From the NCBI GenBank assembly GCA_030704615.1, contig CM060731.1:19592001-19656000 (forward strand): a stretch of DNA of 64,000 nucleotides. Direction: 5' to 3'. The notes beneath the pieces are model-generated. The model worked only from the letters and a program-made list of their open reading frames with translations. It was not told where the DNA came from and searched no databases. A program made the translations under genes and the position numbers. The DNA comes from Takakia lepidozioides. Its lineage: Eukaryota; Plantae; Bryophyta. Shown here piece after piece: positions 1 through 11,700 of the stretch; within the stretch, counting starts at the first letter, position 1, and the number at the start of each line of letters is the position of its first letter.

Positions 1-811
1 AAATAAGATAAGTGCTCCCGCGGGTGATTTCGAATGTTGAATGAAATTCTTTGACAAATTTTCATCAATGTATTCGCGTAAAGCAGCCAGCTCCGTATGA
101 GATAAATTGTAGATCGGGTGGTTGAGCTCCTTCTTGCAACTCAATTGCACAATCATAAGGTCGATGTTATGGCAACATGTCTGCATTTTTCTTCTCGAAA
201 ACATCCTTGAAATCTTGATATTGAGTGGGTAATGTCGAAGTACCTTGGTCTGTTGTGGTTTTGATCGGAGTCGCATAAAGTGCAAATGTCGCGTTTTTCT
301 TCATAGCTCTCATGAAGGCTCTAGCTCCAAGAAACAGGGGTTGAATACCTTTTGTACTTTTGCATTTTTGTCTTACAGAAATTTTTCGCGATCGCCAATC
401 GATGTCAGGATTGTGAAGTACGAACCAGGGAAGTCCAAGGATCATATGATTCGTTGGAGACTGGATGACATTGAAAACAATCTGTAATGCTTGATTTTTA
501 AGCTTCACTTCAAGGGGTCGAGTTTCATGGTCAATATTTCCTGATGTTAACGGTCGTCCATCGATGACTTCAACAGGGGTCGAGAATTTATTTCTTGCGA
601 GCGTTAAATTGTGTTGCTTCGCAAAGCCTTTGTCAGTAAAACACGTTGAAGCGCCCGAGTCCAAAAGTGCTTCTACGGAGATATCTCGATTTTGCATCCT
701 AATCTTTACTGGAACTATGAAACAAGGTACATGGTCTGGAGGTAGAAAGAGATTTTTTTTTGTGAGGAATTTGGGGTGTTCAGCCGCATGGTCCCTACTG
801 TGACTGGACAT
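1..811 (-). pseudogene. pol N-terminus: aspartic protease and start of reverse transcriptase
   Basis: ORF 167-811 has LLDSGAS and ILGLPW..HNPDIDW; stop at 167 falls before a typical RT lead-in. Confidence 0.85.
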
Positions 812-1832
812 CTTCGTTTTCCGACCTCCTCGTATCGAACACTTGAGTGGTGCCCCGAGCTTTGAATCTTCTCTTGTTGGGGCAATTTAATGCTATGTGA
901 TCATCTTCTCCGCAATAAAGGCGTAATCCATTTGAGCGCCGTCTTTGTTTTTCTTGTGGCGTCAATGGCTTGAATTGGGCAGCATCAATCTGCATAGGAT
1001 TATTACCAGATGTCTGATGGATCGTTGTATTTGGTGCCGTAGTAGCAGCGGCATGGTGCGTCGTCGACCATCCAGATCGCTTCTCTTTACGTCTTTCGAA
1101 CAAACGATTATCGCATGCAATGACTTGGGTGATGAATTCGCTCAGTGTACTCACGTTTGGCATTGTCAGCAACAAATCTTTAACATCATCTTTTAGGCCA
1201 CATCGAAACTGACTAATGAGGTTATTCTCGAGGTCGCACGCAAGTTGTCGAAATTCGGCAACATAAACGGAAGTTGGACGTGCTCCTTGTCGAAGATTTC
1301 GCATCTTTGTCTCTGCAACTCTCTCTCTATCATTCTCTCCAAACGTTGCAGTGAACTCGTACATGAATGCTTCAAAATTGTATAGTAAATGCGAATTTTT
1401 CTCTAATAGCGGTGCAAACCAAGATATGGCAGTGCCTGATAAAAGGGTGCCCACAAATCCCACTTGAATACCTTCATTAGAGTAGCGTTGTGGATGTAGT
1501 CGTATGAACAATCGTACTTGTTGAACAAAACCGCGAAATATTGATCTCGTCCCATCAAATTTCTCGGGCATGCTGACCTTTGGTTCCTTTGTAATCTGTT
1601 GAAGATTTGGAGGAACCGTTGCAGTATGATTTGTTGTAGTAGGGACTCATAAGGTTGAAGATCCATTGTTCGACTCTTTCAACTCTGAAATTTGTTGTTG
1701 CAAATTGTTGAGAGCATTGCCAAGGTCTTGAAACTGATCAGCTTGTAGTTGGGCAGTAGAGGCACAAAGTTCTTGTATCTGGAGCTGAAGACTCTGCAAT
1801 GTGGCGACCATTTCCGCAAATGTGCCTTTCAT
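795..1832 (-). pseudogene. gag (PEG10/sushi-like capsid plus zinc knuckle), interrupted
   Basis: ORFs 1647-1832 (coiled coil) and 795-1571 with PEKFDG, LRQG, PMQID and YCGEDDHIALNCP. Confidence 0.85.
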
Positions 1833-1870
1833 CTTAACTAACTAAAGAACAAACTTGAGTCTCGTCAAAC

Positions 1871-2450
1871 TGTCAAGGACGAGAACATGACTAAAAACAA
1901 ACAAGAGATAAGACTAGAGGTACAAGGCTAGACAAGAAGTCAAGGTCGGCGTGGCTGAATGCACGATGAGTAAATATGAATCAAGACGATCTTTATACAA
2001 ACACAACCTGACATACCCTTCGTGCTCATGGAAAATCAATCATGGAGACTCACTGTGCGGGTCTGAAGCAAGGAAGTAAGGTGTAATCTAAGCTGCACTT
2101 TTCTTCTTTCCCACCCAATCACGAGTGAAAGCTTCCGATTCCGTCTGCAAGAAACTCCTCCCCATTTGTTGTCTTTTTGAATCATAGGTAATCTGGAGCT
2201 TGAAATCCGGCCTTTTCGGATGATTCTGGACCCACACTTGATCCCTGCTCCTTCAGCTATCCATGCCTGTGCTTGTAAGGTGAACGATGGCGGAAAACGC
2301 AGAGCTCTTGCAGTTCAAGAAGATCAAGATCCGAGCATTGCGGGCAGTTCCAAAAACGTTGGCGCGGCGATTTCTATTGGCATATTTCACGCGGGCCGTC
2401 CGGGCAGATTCCAAAGAAATTAACGACGACGATGACGTGGCACTATGACA
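1871..2450 (-). repeat. 5' LTR (~580 bp)
   Basis: On the minus strand it begins TGTCA and ends TGACA, directly upstream of gag. Confidence 0.75.
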
Positions 2451-2486
2451 CCCTATTCCTGCTCTTCGCTAAACTAGTTTCCGACC

Positions 2487-3269
2487 TTCGGTCGTCGCTA
2501 GAATTACCACCACATATGAAGATCCACCTGATATTTTACGTTTCTCTACTACGTCGTTACGAACCTCAACCGTCAACATTCAAAGATAATCAAAAACTAC
2601 AATCTATACCATAGTTGATAGACGAAAATGAAGAGTGGGAGGTCGATCGTATTTTAAAAAAACGCATACACAAATGAGGGCGACATGAGGTATTGGACTA
2701 TTTGGTTTTATGGAAAAGATTTTCACTACATGAAGCTACGTGGGAACCGGTGCAAAATCTCGCAAATGCTCAATTGACAATTCAAGTTTTTGTAAATTCG
2801 AATAACGAGGACGTTACTTCTTGAACGAGGGGAGGATTGTAACATGGTAAAATCTAGAAGGTTCTAGATGGAGGAGGAAAGTCCTAGAAGTTTCCAAAAT
2901 AATTAGGAAAGTTCATATGAAGTTTGATTTAATGAAGTTTGACTTGAGGCTCTCAAGTCAAACCTATAAGATATTCATACTATGGAGTAGGTCAAATGTT
3001 TGAGAAAGTCATATTGTGGAGAATATGTCAAACCTAAGAAGGTTGACTTTAGGAAGTTTTGACTTCAGGCTCTCAAGTCAAACCTTTAAAATAATCATAT
3101 TGTGAAAGGTATATAAACATGCAATGAAAGCCTAGAAGACATCAAGTTGTTTTGGGAAAAAGTTTAGAAGCAGTTTATGCAGATCCTGATGTTCACTATG
3201 TCAAACTAATATTTACTATTAAAACAAATAAAAGGTTATTCTAATTTTGACTGTTACTTTATTGCTACA
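2487..3269 (+). mobile_element. 3' end of a second chromovirus: integrase C-terminus with chromodomain, PPT and 3' LTR
   Basis: LELPPHMKIH..FYVSLL then EEWEVDRILKKR...YLVLWK.F...EATWEPVQNL with stops; purine tract GAGGGGAGGA at 2827-2836; TGTAAC at 2838; probable end GCTACA at 3269. Confidence 0.8.
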
Positions 3270-4569
3270 TGCAACTAAACATATGTTCGTTATTCTACTT
3301 AAGTGTAGAAGTGGTGTGACCTCCTTCTATCTTTTGGGCACGTAGTCACCCTTTTCATATAAAAACAATAAAAGGCCCAATCTCTAAGGGTTTCTTGCAT
3401 GGATTTCAAGTAAATTTTAGTCCAAAGTTCCCAACTGAGACCTGGGATTCAGTTTTCACATGGTGTTTCCAGAAAACCCTTTTTCAACCTCCACTTTCAT
3501 CTATGTTTGTGGGGCCTTGTCCACCTCTACCTCTGTACAAAGGACGGCCGCCTCACCCCTCGCCTACTTAATACCTCGGCCAATGTGACACGCAGCAACA
3601 GCAAAGGCAAGCCACAATAGAGCAGCTGGGCACCGAATCTCTTGCTACATTCTGATGTCGTTCCATGGATTTTGGACGCCATAACTTTGATAACGTTGTT
3701 CCCTTTCGGCAAGGAGGTGTTGGAAAGCTCTCAATCAGGACTACAATCTTCCTATTTGCGGCTTTTCAATACCCGGACTGAGGAAGTTATGGCTATTCGA
3801 AAAAAGGGGTGCAAGACATTAGGGAGATTTTTGTTTTCTTAAATGATATTTCTTTCCTCTGGGTATATGTTGATATCTGCAAGCGCTGAGGTCCGGATGG
3901 ATGAATAATAGGGTGCTGCTTTTCATCCTCCAATGTATTTATGTTTGTTTGGCTCATCCATTTCATCCTCCGATTTGCTAGTGCCATTGCAGAGGTACGC
4001 AGGAGTTTGGAGATGGTGTCTGGCACCTTGGTCTCCGATCTCTGCAACTACAGAGATGGTTCTGAGGTCGCAGGGAGGGGCACTACCCAAGGCAGTGTCA
4101 TCTGCGTGCGTCGAAAGAGAGGGAAGCTCCACATCATGGAGCAGATTGTCCGGCTAGGGTGTAGACCTGAAATGGGAAGCCAGCTTGGGAATGCAGGGCC
4201 CGGTAGTGATGAATGTGAGGCCTCTCCCGGCTACAGGGGTAGCGCAGAAAGGTATGGATATGGGATGATTTTCCTTTTTCTGAATTGGGTGTGTCAATCC
4301 AGGCTCCATTTCTCTGTGACCCTGTCCTGGAGCAGTATGACCGTCTTGGTCGGAGAATTTCACCCGTTGGTATGTAGGATGTAATGATACCGTTGCCTTC
4401 CTTCCACGAGCTCCCTCGGGATCTGCTGAAATTACTTATATCTTTTATCTTCTTTCCAGTCATTGTATGGCTGCGAGAGAGATTAGGTACAGGTACTCTA
4501 CGGATGACCTCTCGCAAGGGGTTTCCTTAGGGAGAGATTTATGACACGGTTCGGTCCTTGCCTAGTGAA

Positions 4570-7500
4570 ATGCCACTGCAAGCTTTTTTAAGTAGACTTG
4601 AGGCAATTGGAAGCTCACAAAATTCTCATGTTCTCACAGTCTTGCACATGGGTCAAACAATGAGCATAGAGCGGCTCTGGAAGGAGTTCTTCTCGGATCC
4701 TTCATTGTGGTGGGACAACAGCTTTGATAAGGTGAGGCAATCTCCATTTAGGATGCAAAAGAGTTTGTCAAGGAAGGCTTGTGACTGAAGCTGTTGTGAT
4801 GACGTTTTTGTGAACTGGACTGTATCTCCAATTGCCACGATTACCGGTTATTCTGTTGTGAAAAGTAGTAAAATCGCAGTTACTATCTACTAGCATTATA
4901 AGCTTAGCAGGCCATGACATTAGTAGCCTAAGTTTCCTCACTGTTACTTGAAGGCTTGGAGCTTGGTTGGTGGTAGCCCGATGTATGTGAGGCTGTGGTT
5001 TAAGCAATGCCTGCTCAGCTGCCCACTGGTGATTTTCACAGAGGAATCCGAGAGCACCAGACTACAGACATAAGCACACAAAGGAGGCCCTGTGGATTGA
5101 GGGTTGGTCGAACCCTGCTTGGGTGAAAGACGAGCTAGCTGCCATGGTACAAGGTCAAGCACAATGTGGCGAAGTGAGGACATTATGTAAGGCTGGACAA
5201 CTCACAGAGGCCCTGCACATTTTGAACCACCCCTGGGATTTTAGCAGATTCCGAAACTTGTGTGTGTCTCTTGCAGGAGTGCATCAACATGCAAGGCCTA
5301 TCAGAGGGAAAGCAGGTGCATGCCCACATTGTGCAAAGTGGGTTCAAACCAAACATCTTCGTGCTCAACACCCTTTTGAACATGTATGCCAAGTGTGGAA
5401 GCATGGTGGATGCACGCAACGTGTTTGACAAAATGCCTGAACGAATTTTGTTTACGTGGAGTACAATGATGGCAGGATGTTTGAAGCACGGGTGTTATTG
5501 GGAGGCTGTTGAGATGTATGAGCAAATGATACAGGACGGGGTGATGCCAAACAGTGTCACGTTCGTGTGTGTTCTCAAGGCGTCTGCCAGCCTAGGAGCT
5601 TTGGAAAAGGGCAAAGAGGTCCATACTGACATCATCAAGTCTGGAATCATGTCGTCTAATTTACAGCATACGCTTGTCAACATGTATGCGAAGTGTGGGA
5701 GCATGAAGGATGCACGCCAAGTGTTTGACAAAATGCCTGAACGGACTTTGTTTACGTGGACTATAATGATGACAGGATATGTGAAGCATGGGGGTGGTCA
5801 GGAGGCCGTGGAGATGTATGAGCAAATGATACGGGAAGGGGTGATGCCTGATGACGTCACATTCTTGTGCATTCTCAAGGCGTGTGCGAGCATAGAAGCC
5901 CTGGAAAAGGGCAAAGAGGTCCATGGTGACATCATCAAATTTGGGATTGTGTCATATATCAACTCAGAAAACACCCTTATTAATATGTATGCGAAATGTG
6001 GGAGCATGAAGGACGCGCACCAAGTGTTTTCCAACATGGTTGAACGAGATATGGTTTCGTGGAGCACCATGATCGCAGGATATGCCAATCATGGGTCTGG
6101 TAGGGAGGCTGTGGAAATGTATGAACAAATGATGTGTGAAGGGGTTAAGCCTGATAAGGTCACATTCACCTGTGTTCTCAAGGCATGTGCGAGCCTGTCA
6201 GCTCTTGAAAAGGGCAAAGAGGTCTGTGCAGACATCAGCAAAGCTGGAATTGCACAAGATGTCATTCTGGAGACTGCCCTTGTCGACATGTATGCCAAAT
6301 GTGGGAGCATGAAGGATGCACGTGAAGTGTTCAACAAAATGGCTAAACCAGATAAGGTCTCATGGAATGCAATGATCGCAGGATATGCTCAGAATGGTTG
6401 TGGTATGGAGGCTTTGGAGATATTTGAGCAGATGATGCAAGAAGGTGTGATGCCTGACAAAGTCACGTTCATTTGTGTTCTCGGTGCATGTTCCAGCCTG
6501 GCCGCCCTGGGAAAGGGTGAAGAGGTCAACGTGCGCCTCACCAAAGCTGGAATTGCACAAGATGTCATTCTGGGGACTGCCCTTGTCGACATGTATGCCA
6601 AATGTGGGAGCATGAAGGATGCGCGTCAAGTGTTTGACAATGTGGCTCAACGAAATGTTTTCTCATGGAGTGTCATGATTGCAGGATATGCTCAGAATGG
6701 GTTTGGCAGGGAGGCTTTCGAGTTCTATGAGAAAATGAAACAAGAACAGGTGATAGCTGACAAGGTGACATTCATCTGTGTTCTCAATGCATGTGCCAGT
6801 ATGGCAGCGTTGGAAAGGGGCATAGAGGTCCATGGTGACATCATCAAAGCTGGAATTGAGCCCGATATCAATCTGGAGAATACCCTTATTGACATGTATG
6901 CCAAATGCGGGAGCATAAAGGATGCCCGTCAAGTGCTTGATAATATGGTTCAACGAGATGTGGTTTCATGGAACACAATGATTGCAGGATATGCTCAGAA
7001 TGGCTCTGGTATGGAAGCCCTGCAACTATTTGCAGAAATGCAGCAGGAAGGCTTGAAGCCGAATGGTATCACCTTCGTATGTCTTCTCTCTGCATGTAGC
7101 CATGTGGGCTTAGTGGATGAAGGGTGCCATTTCTTTGATTCCATGAATCGAGATCATGGCCTCACTCCTACAGGGGAGCATGTTGGCTGCATGGTGGACC
7201 TTCTTGGCCGTGCAGGGAGATTGGAGGAGGCAGAGGACTTCATCACCAAAAGTCCAATCGAACCAGGTGCTGTGGCATGGAAAGCCTTCCTTGGTGCCTG
7301 CAGAGTTCATGGCAATGTGGAGGTAGCAAAACGTGCAGCAAAATGGCTTCTCAATTGGAATCCACAGGATGCTGCAACTTATGTGCTGCTGTCCAACATC
7401 TATGCTGCGGCTGGCAGGTGGGATGATGCAGCAAAGGTCAGAAAAAAGATGAAGGAGAGGGGTGTGAAAAAGGAGCCAGGCTACAGCTCCATTCAGGTTG

Positions 7501-7882
7501 ACAACCGGTGCATACATTCGTTGTTGCAGACACGTTGCATCCCCAAATCAAGGAAATCCACGCTGAGCTGAGCAGACTGTCTGGGCAAATGAAGGATGTC
7601 GGATACTCCCCTGACACGCGCTTTGTACTGCATGATGTGGCAGAGCAGCAAAAGGAATTTTCTCTTTGCCACCACAGTGAGAAGCTTGCCATTGCTTTTG
7701 GGCTGATCAGTACGCCCCCTGCGACAGCTCTGCGCATTATCAAGAACCTTTGGGTGTGTGGTGACTGTCACACGGCCACCAAGTTCATCTCAAAAATTCT
7801 TGGGCGAGCAATTGTTGTACGGGATGCCAATCGCTTCCATCACTTCCAAGATGGGGAATGTTCTTGTGGGGATTACTGGTGA
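4570..7882 (+). CDS. PLS-class PPR protein with E1-E2-DYW cytidine deaminase and an N-terminal OSB-type PDF motif; exons 4570-4731 and 5042-7882; two 1-nt indels (~5232, ~7508)
   Basis: 20 P/L/S repeats, E1/E2, PG box [20 protein letters not shown] and terminal CSCGDYW*; phase-0 GT..AG intron 4732-5041 joins WWDNSFDK to [19 protein letters not shown]; start codon uncertain. Confidence 0.88.
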
Positions 7883-8439
7883 AAGGAAGAACATGCTTGC
7901 AAGACAGTGTGTCAAGGTTTCCAGATGGACAGGTCATGATTCTGTCCTGCTACAAGATTAATATTGGAAGACAACCTGTATTATTGATGCAGCAGTCAAG
8001 CATTTTCTGAGTGTTGCTCATGGTAATGTTCAAAATTCAATACAATTACTCAACAGAAACTAGATACAAACCTTAAAGTTGGAGACTCAACTGCTCTAGC
8101 AAGGAATAGTAGGTGTGGTGTACATCCTGTAGTTATTTTCACCAAACTGGGTTCAACAAGGGAATCGCCAGAACACTTGTTGGACTGATGTACTTTGGGG
8201 TGATTGGGGAGCAACCAGCACCTTGATCGATGTTGATAACTATTTGTTCTAGTGGAGAGGATCTTAAATAGATTCCCTCAAGTTTGAATACAACACAGTT
8301 CCAATTTTGGGAGTTGAGCTCTCGGATTTGCAGTTGCAGTAGATCGCTTCTAGTTGTGTATACCTGATGTACTTCGACACTACCAAAGAATGAAGAGCAT
8401 ACAGTCATGAGTAGCACTAGTGTTCTTGCCTGCATTTGG

Positions 8440-8760
8440 CCCAAAGTCAGCTGATACTTCCAGAGCTCTGCAAACATCACCTTATGCAAGATCTTGACAG
8501 CTCTATATTGGTGGCCTTCCATGAAGAAAGACGTGTATATTTTTCTGCCAACAATGTGACATTTGCCAGAGAGTAGGGCCCAAGGTGTCCAAGAGCACCC
8601 AACCTATGAATCCCATACTACCCACTGAAGTGTTCCAGAAATGGGGTTTAGATTTCATAGGGCCTATCAATCCACCGGCAAAGAGCACCAGAAATAGATA
8701 CATAATCACGGCCACTGATTACACCACAAAGTGGGTAGAAGCTAGAGCTCTAGAGGACAA
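8440..8760 (+). pseudogene. Ty3/gypsy integrase fragment
   Basis: CDICQ...[37 protein letters not shown], related to the integrase near 48.5 kb. Confidence 0.85.
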
Positions 8761-11700
8761 CAAGAGAGAGAGAGAGAGAGATGTCATTAAGCACACAGCT
8801 AATTGTACCTAGTCTGAACTATGAAACAGTAGGCCAAGGCAACCCAAAGTAGCATGAAACAACAATGAAAGGCAAAAAAAGTCTGAATTGCAGCATAGAG
8901 CCTTTAACTAACGAATTGGTACCACTAGTTGCACAAACAATTACTCATACCAAGCTCCATTCGTACTGAACTTGCCTCATCAGGGACTTTGCTATGCTTG
9001 CGCTTACCCACCCACCCACACTGGTCTAGTATGTGCGGGTAAAACCCCAAAGCCATACTCCTCCTAGTATGTGTATACATTGGTTCATTCATACTCATAC
9101 CTATATTTCATACCTAGGTTGAACCTGGTATGCCGATCCAACACTCAGTCATATAATCACTCAGTCACATAATCTGTGACTAAGTATGAGTATGTGAGAA
9201 TGAGAATTCTACATGTGTGGGGTCCGTTTGACACCGTTTTGACATCGATGACATTGATCACTCCTCCATAGTCTTTGTATATGAGTCTCTCTTGTGTCAA
9301 TCATGTAGTTGCATTTAAAAATAAAAGGGGACGGAGGACCTGTTACTCAAATTAAAAGAAACGAGGCAAAAGTAACCTCGACAGGGCCATAAGCCATACA
9401 AATTAGTAACATACTCGTATCATATTGAATTAAGGGATGAAATTGAGCTCATAATGGGAAGCAAAATGTCATTACGGACCTTGGTAGTGTAGCCTTTTAC
9501 CTAGTACGGATTGAAAACAAGTGATTTCTATCACAATGCCAAACACACAATAATAAAACAAAGCAAAAACATAGAGCCTCCATAGGCAGCCTAAAATTCA
9601 AAATAGTATGTAGCTTCTTCATTTAAAAATTCAGCACATTATTAGACTAATCCAGGTGTTTTTAACAACTAAATCATACACTCTCCCATGTGTCAGTCAA
9701 TCCACTCCATTTTGTTCTACCTCACATTGTATTATTGTGTGATTGACAGTGTAATGGGAGAAACTTATTTCAAATCCGTACTTAAAGTAGAAGACTGCAA
9801 TAACATGGTTGGAATGGAAACATTGTGCATCCTAGTATGATCTCAGTGTCAACCCTCAAATCAATGACCAGACCTTGTTTCTAAACTAGGTCACACCACA
9901 CTCACCCATAGCAAAGCAAGACCTGCAATGTTCCAGTCCCTGCAAGAGCCAATAGAGGTAACACAAAATGAGGTTGTCAAAAATCATATGCCTAGTGGAA
10001 TTATTGAAAACAAATCATATTACACACAAACATCCCCGATCCCAAAGAAAAGTAGCAAACTTGCCTTTGGCTGTTGCGGTTTTGTTTGCGGGAAGTTGCG
10101 ATCATAGGCTCCAGATGCGGTAGCCAAGCTCCGGAATGGGCTTTTGAATACATTGCCCCTACTTTCTTAGATTGAGATATGACCGAGCCTACTTTCCACT
10201 ACTTTCCACCGAGTGTTTTCCTCCTCCGTGGGGTCCTGCGGGCTGCCCATTCTCACTTCTTCCTTCTCTTGTGTTATGAAATGTTGCGTTAAGTCCGAAG
10301 CAAAGCTAGACCTGCAAGTTACAATCCCTCCAGGAGCCAGGAGCCAACTATGACATCTTTTTGATGTGAAATTATGTTGTTGCTAGTTCGGATCAAACAA
10401 GAGAAGAAGAGCTCTTTATTGATTCAAGGGTTGATTCAAGGGTTGAGGTCTTCATTTTATGGTCATCAACCATTGTCCTAGACCATAACCTTGTTTGAAA
10501 AGGGAGGAGAAAGTGAATCATACAACATCTCATCGACCCTGCCGTTGCTCTATTAAAGAAGGGCCGACTATCTATCTACCCTATCTAGAAATACAACCAT
10601 GTGGCCAGATCCTACCTCTATTTGGAAATGAAGAAGGGCAAAAGAACATTTGAAGTAGAAATTAATGTCACCACCACTGCCTTGAGGCATGATGGGATCC
10701 CGCTTGAAGATTTAAACCTGAAGCACAAAACGTGACATCGGAGATCTAGAGCTTTTTGTGAGGGTCTTTGTCTACAACAAACAGAGGGTCCAGACATATC
10801 TAATGTGCTATTAGTAACCTCCTACCATAGCACATCTAAATGGTTCGAAAGACTGAAGTCAGACAATCATGTTTTATGATTCACTAGTTCCTAAATGCTC
10901 GACAAGAACGATGATTACACTGTCTGTCACACAATCCTTAAAGAGAAAAAAAGAGCATGCATACAAAGACTAATGATCAAGCTACTGCTACTAGGGCAAA
11001 CTTCCATAGTAGTTAGTTAGCCTAACTTCTTCAAGTCTGCTATAGCATATGTGAAAACTCAGATAGTTAAAGATGGCTTTCAGAACATACAAAGTACACA
11101 TGTTGATATCTCAAGGGGTACAACCCGTCAGTACTGTAGCCTATAGTACTTCAGTGGTGGGTTGCATATAAGGATCGTAGTTGATTGTAAAGATAACGAC
11201 TTTCTATATAATCTACACAAGCTAGTCGTCTTATAAGAGTGTAAATCTTGGAAGTGGGAGGATTCAACCTCATAGATCTTATGTCTAACACAAAGCACCC
11301 ATATTGTTGTTCAATACAAAATGAAGTTCCCTCCAACTAACCCCCCTCACACCGATATACAACATTTTGCTGGCTTTCTCAATCATCTATGTTGAGGCCC
11401 CTTGCCTCCAAGAAGAGAAGTGAAGAAGGAACCCACTCACAACAGGAAAAATCCATAATTTGTCTCAAAAGATTGGAAAAAAACACAACACTGACCCCAA
11501 GCCATCCCAAGCCACAAACACTGGAGAGCAACAAAATGGAACCCACATGCGTAGTATAGCTCATAACCAGCTGCATGACGAGGTAACAAACAACCCCCCT
11601 TTGAGGCATATGGTTGGCTGAGAGAGATACAAGAATGTTTCCAACTCTATATTTCCCTCAGCCAACTATACGCCTCAAAGTGTGGATAACGGGAGAGATG

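Larger units (their letters stand above)
1..2450 (-). mobile_element. Ty3/gypsy LTR retrotransposon (chromovirus/Tcn1-sushi-like), 5' part; continues off the window start
   Basis: LTR 1871-2450, gag (PEKFDG, zinc-knuckle remnant), protease ALLDSGAS, then the pre-RT segment [21 protein letters not shown]. Confidence 0.9.

Noticed and set aside
3430-4520. Several short ORFs, possibly a LINE ORF1 remnant
   Set aside because: No motif I can identify with confidence
5301-7771. Repeated antisense ORFs over the PPR gene
   Set aside because: Shadows of the PPR repeats
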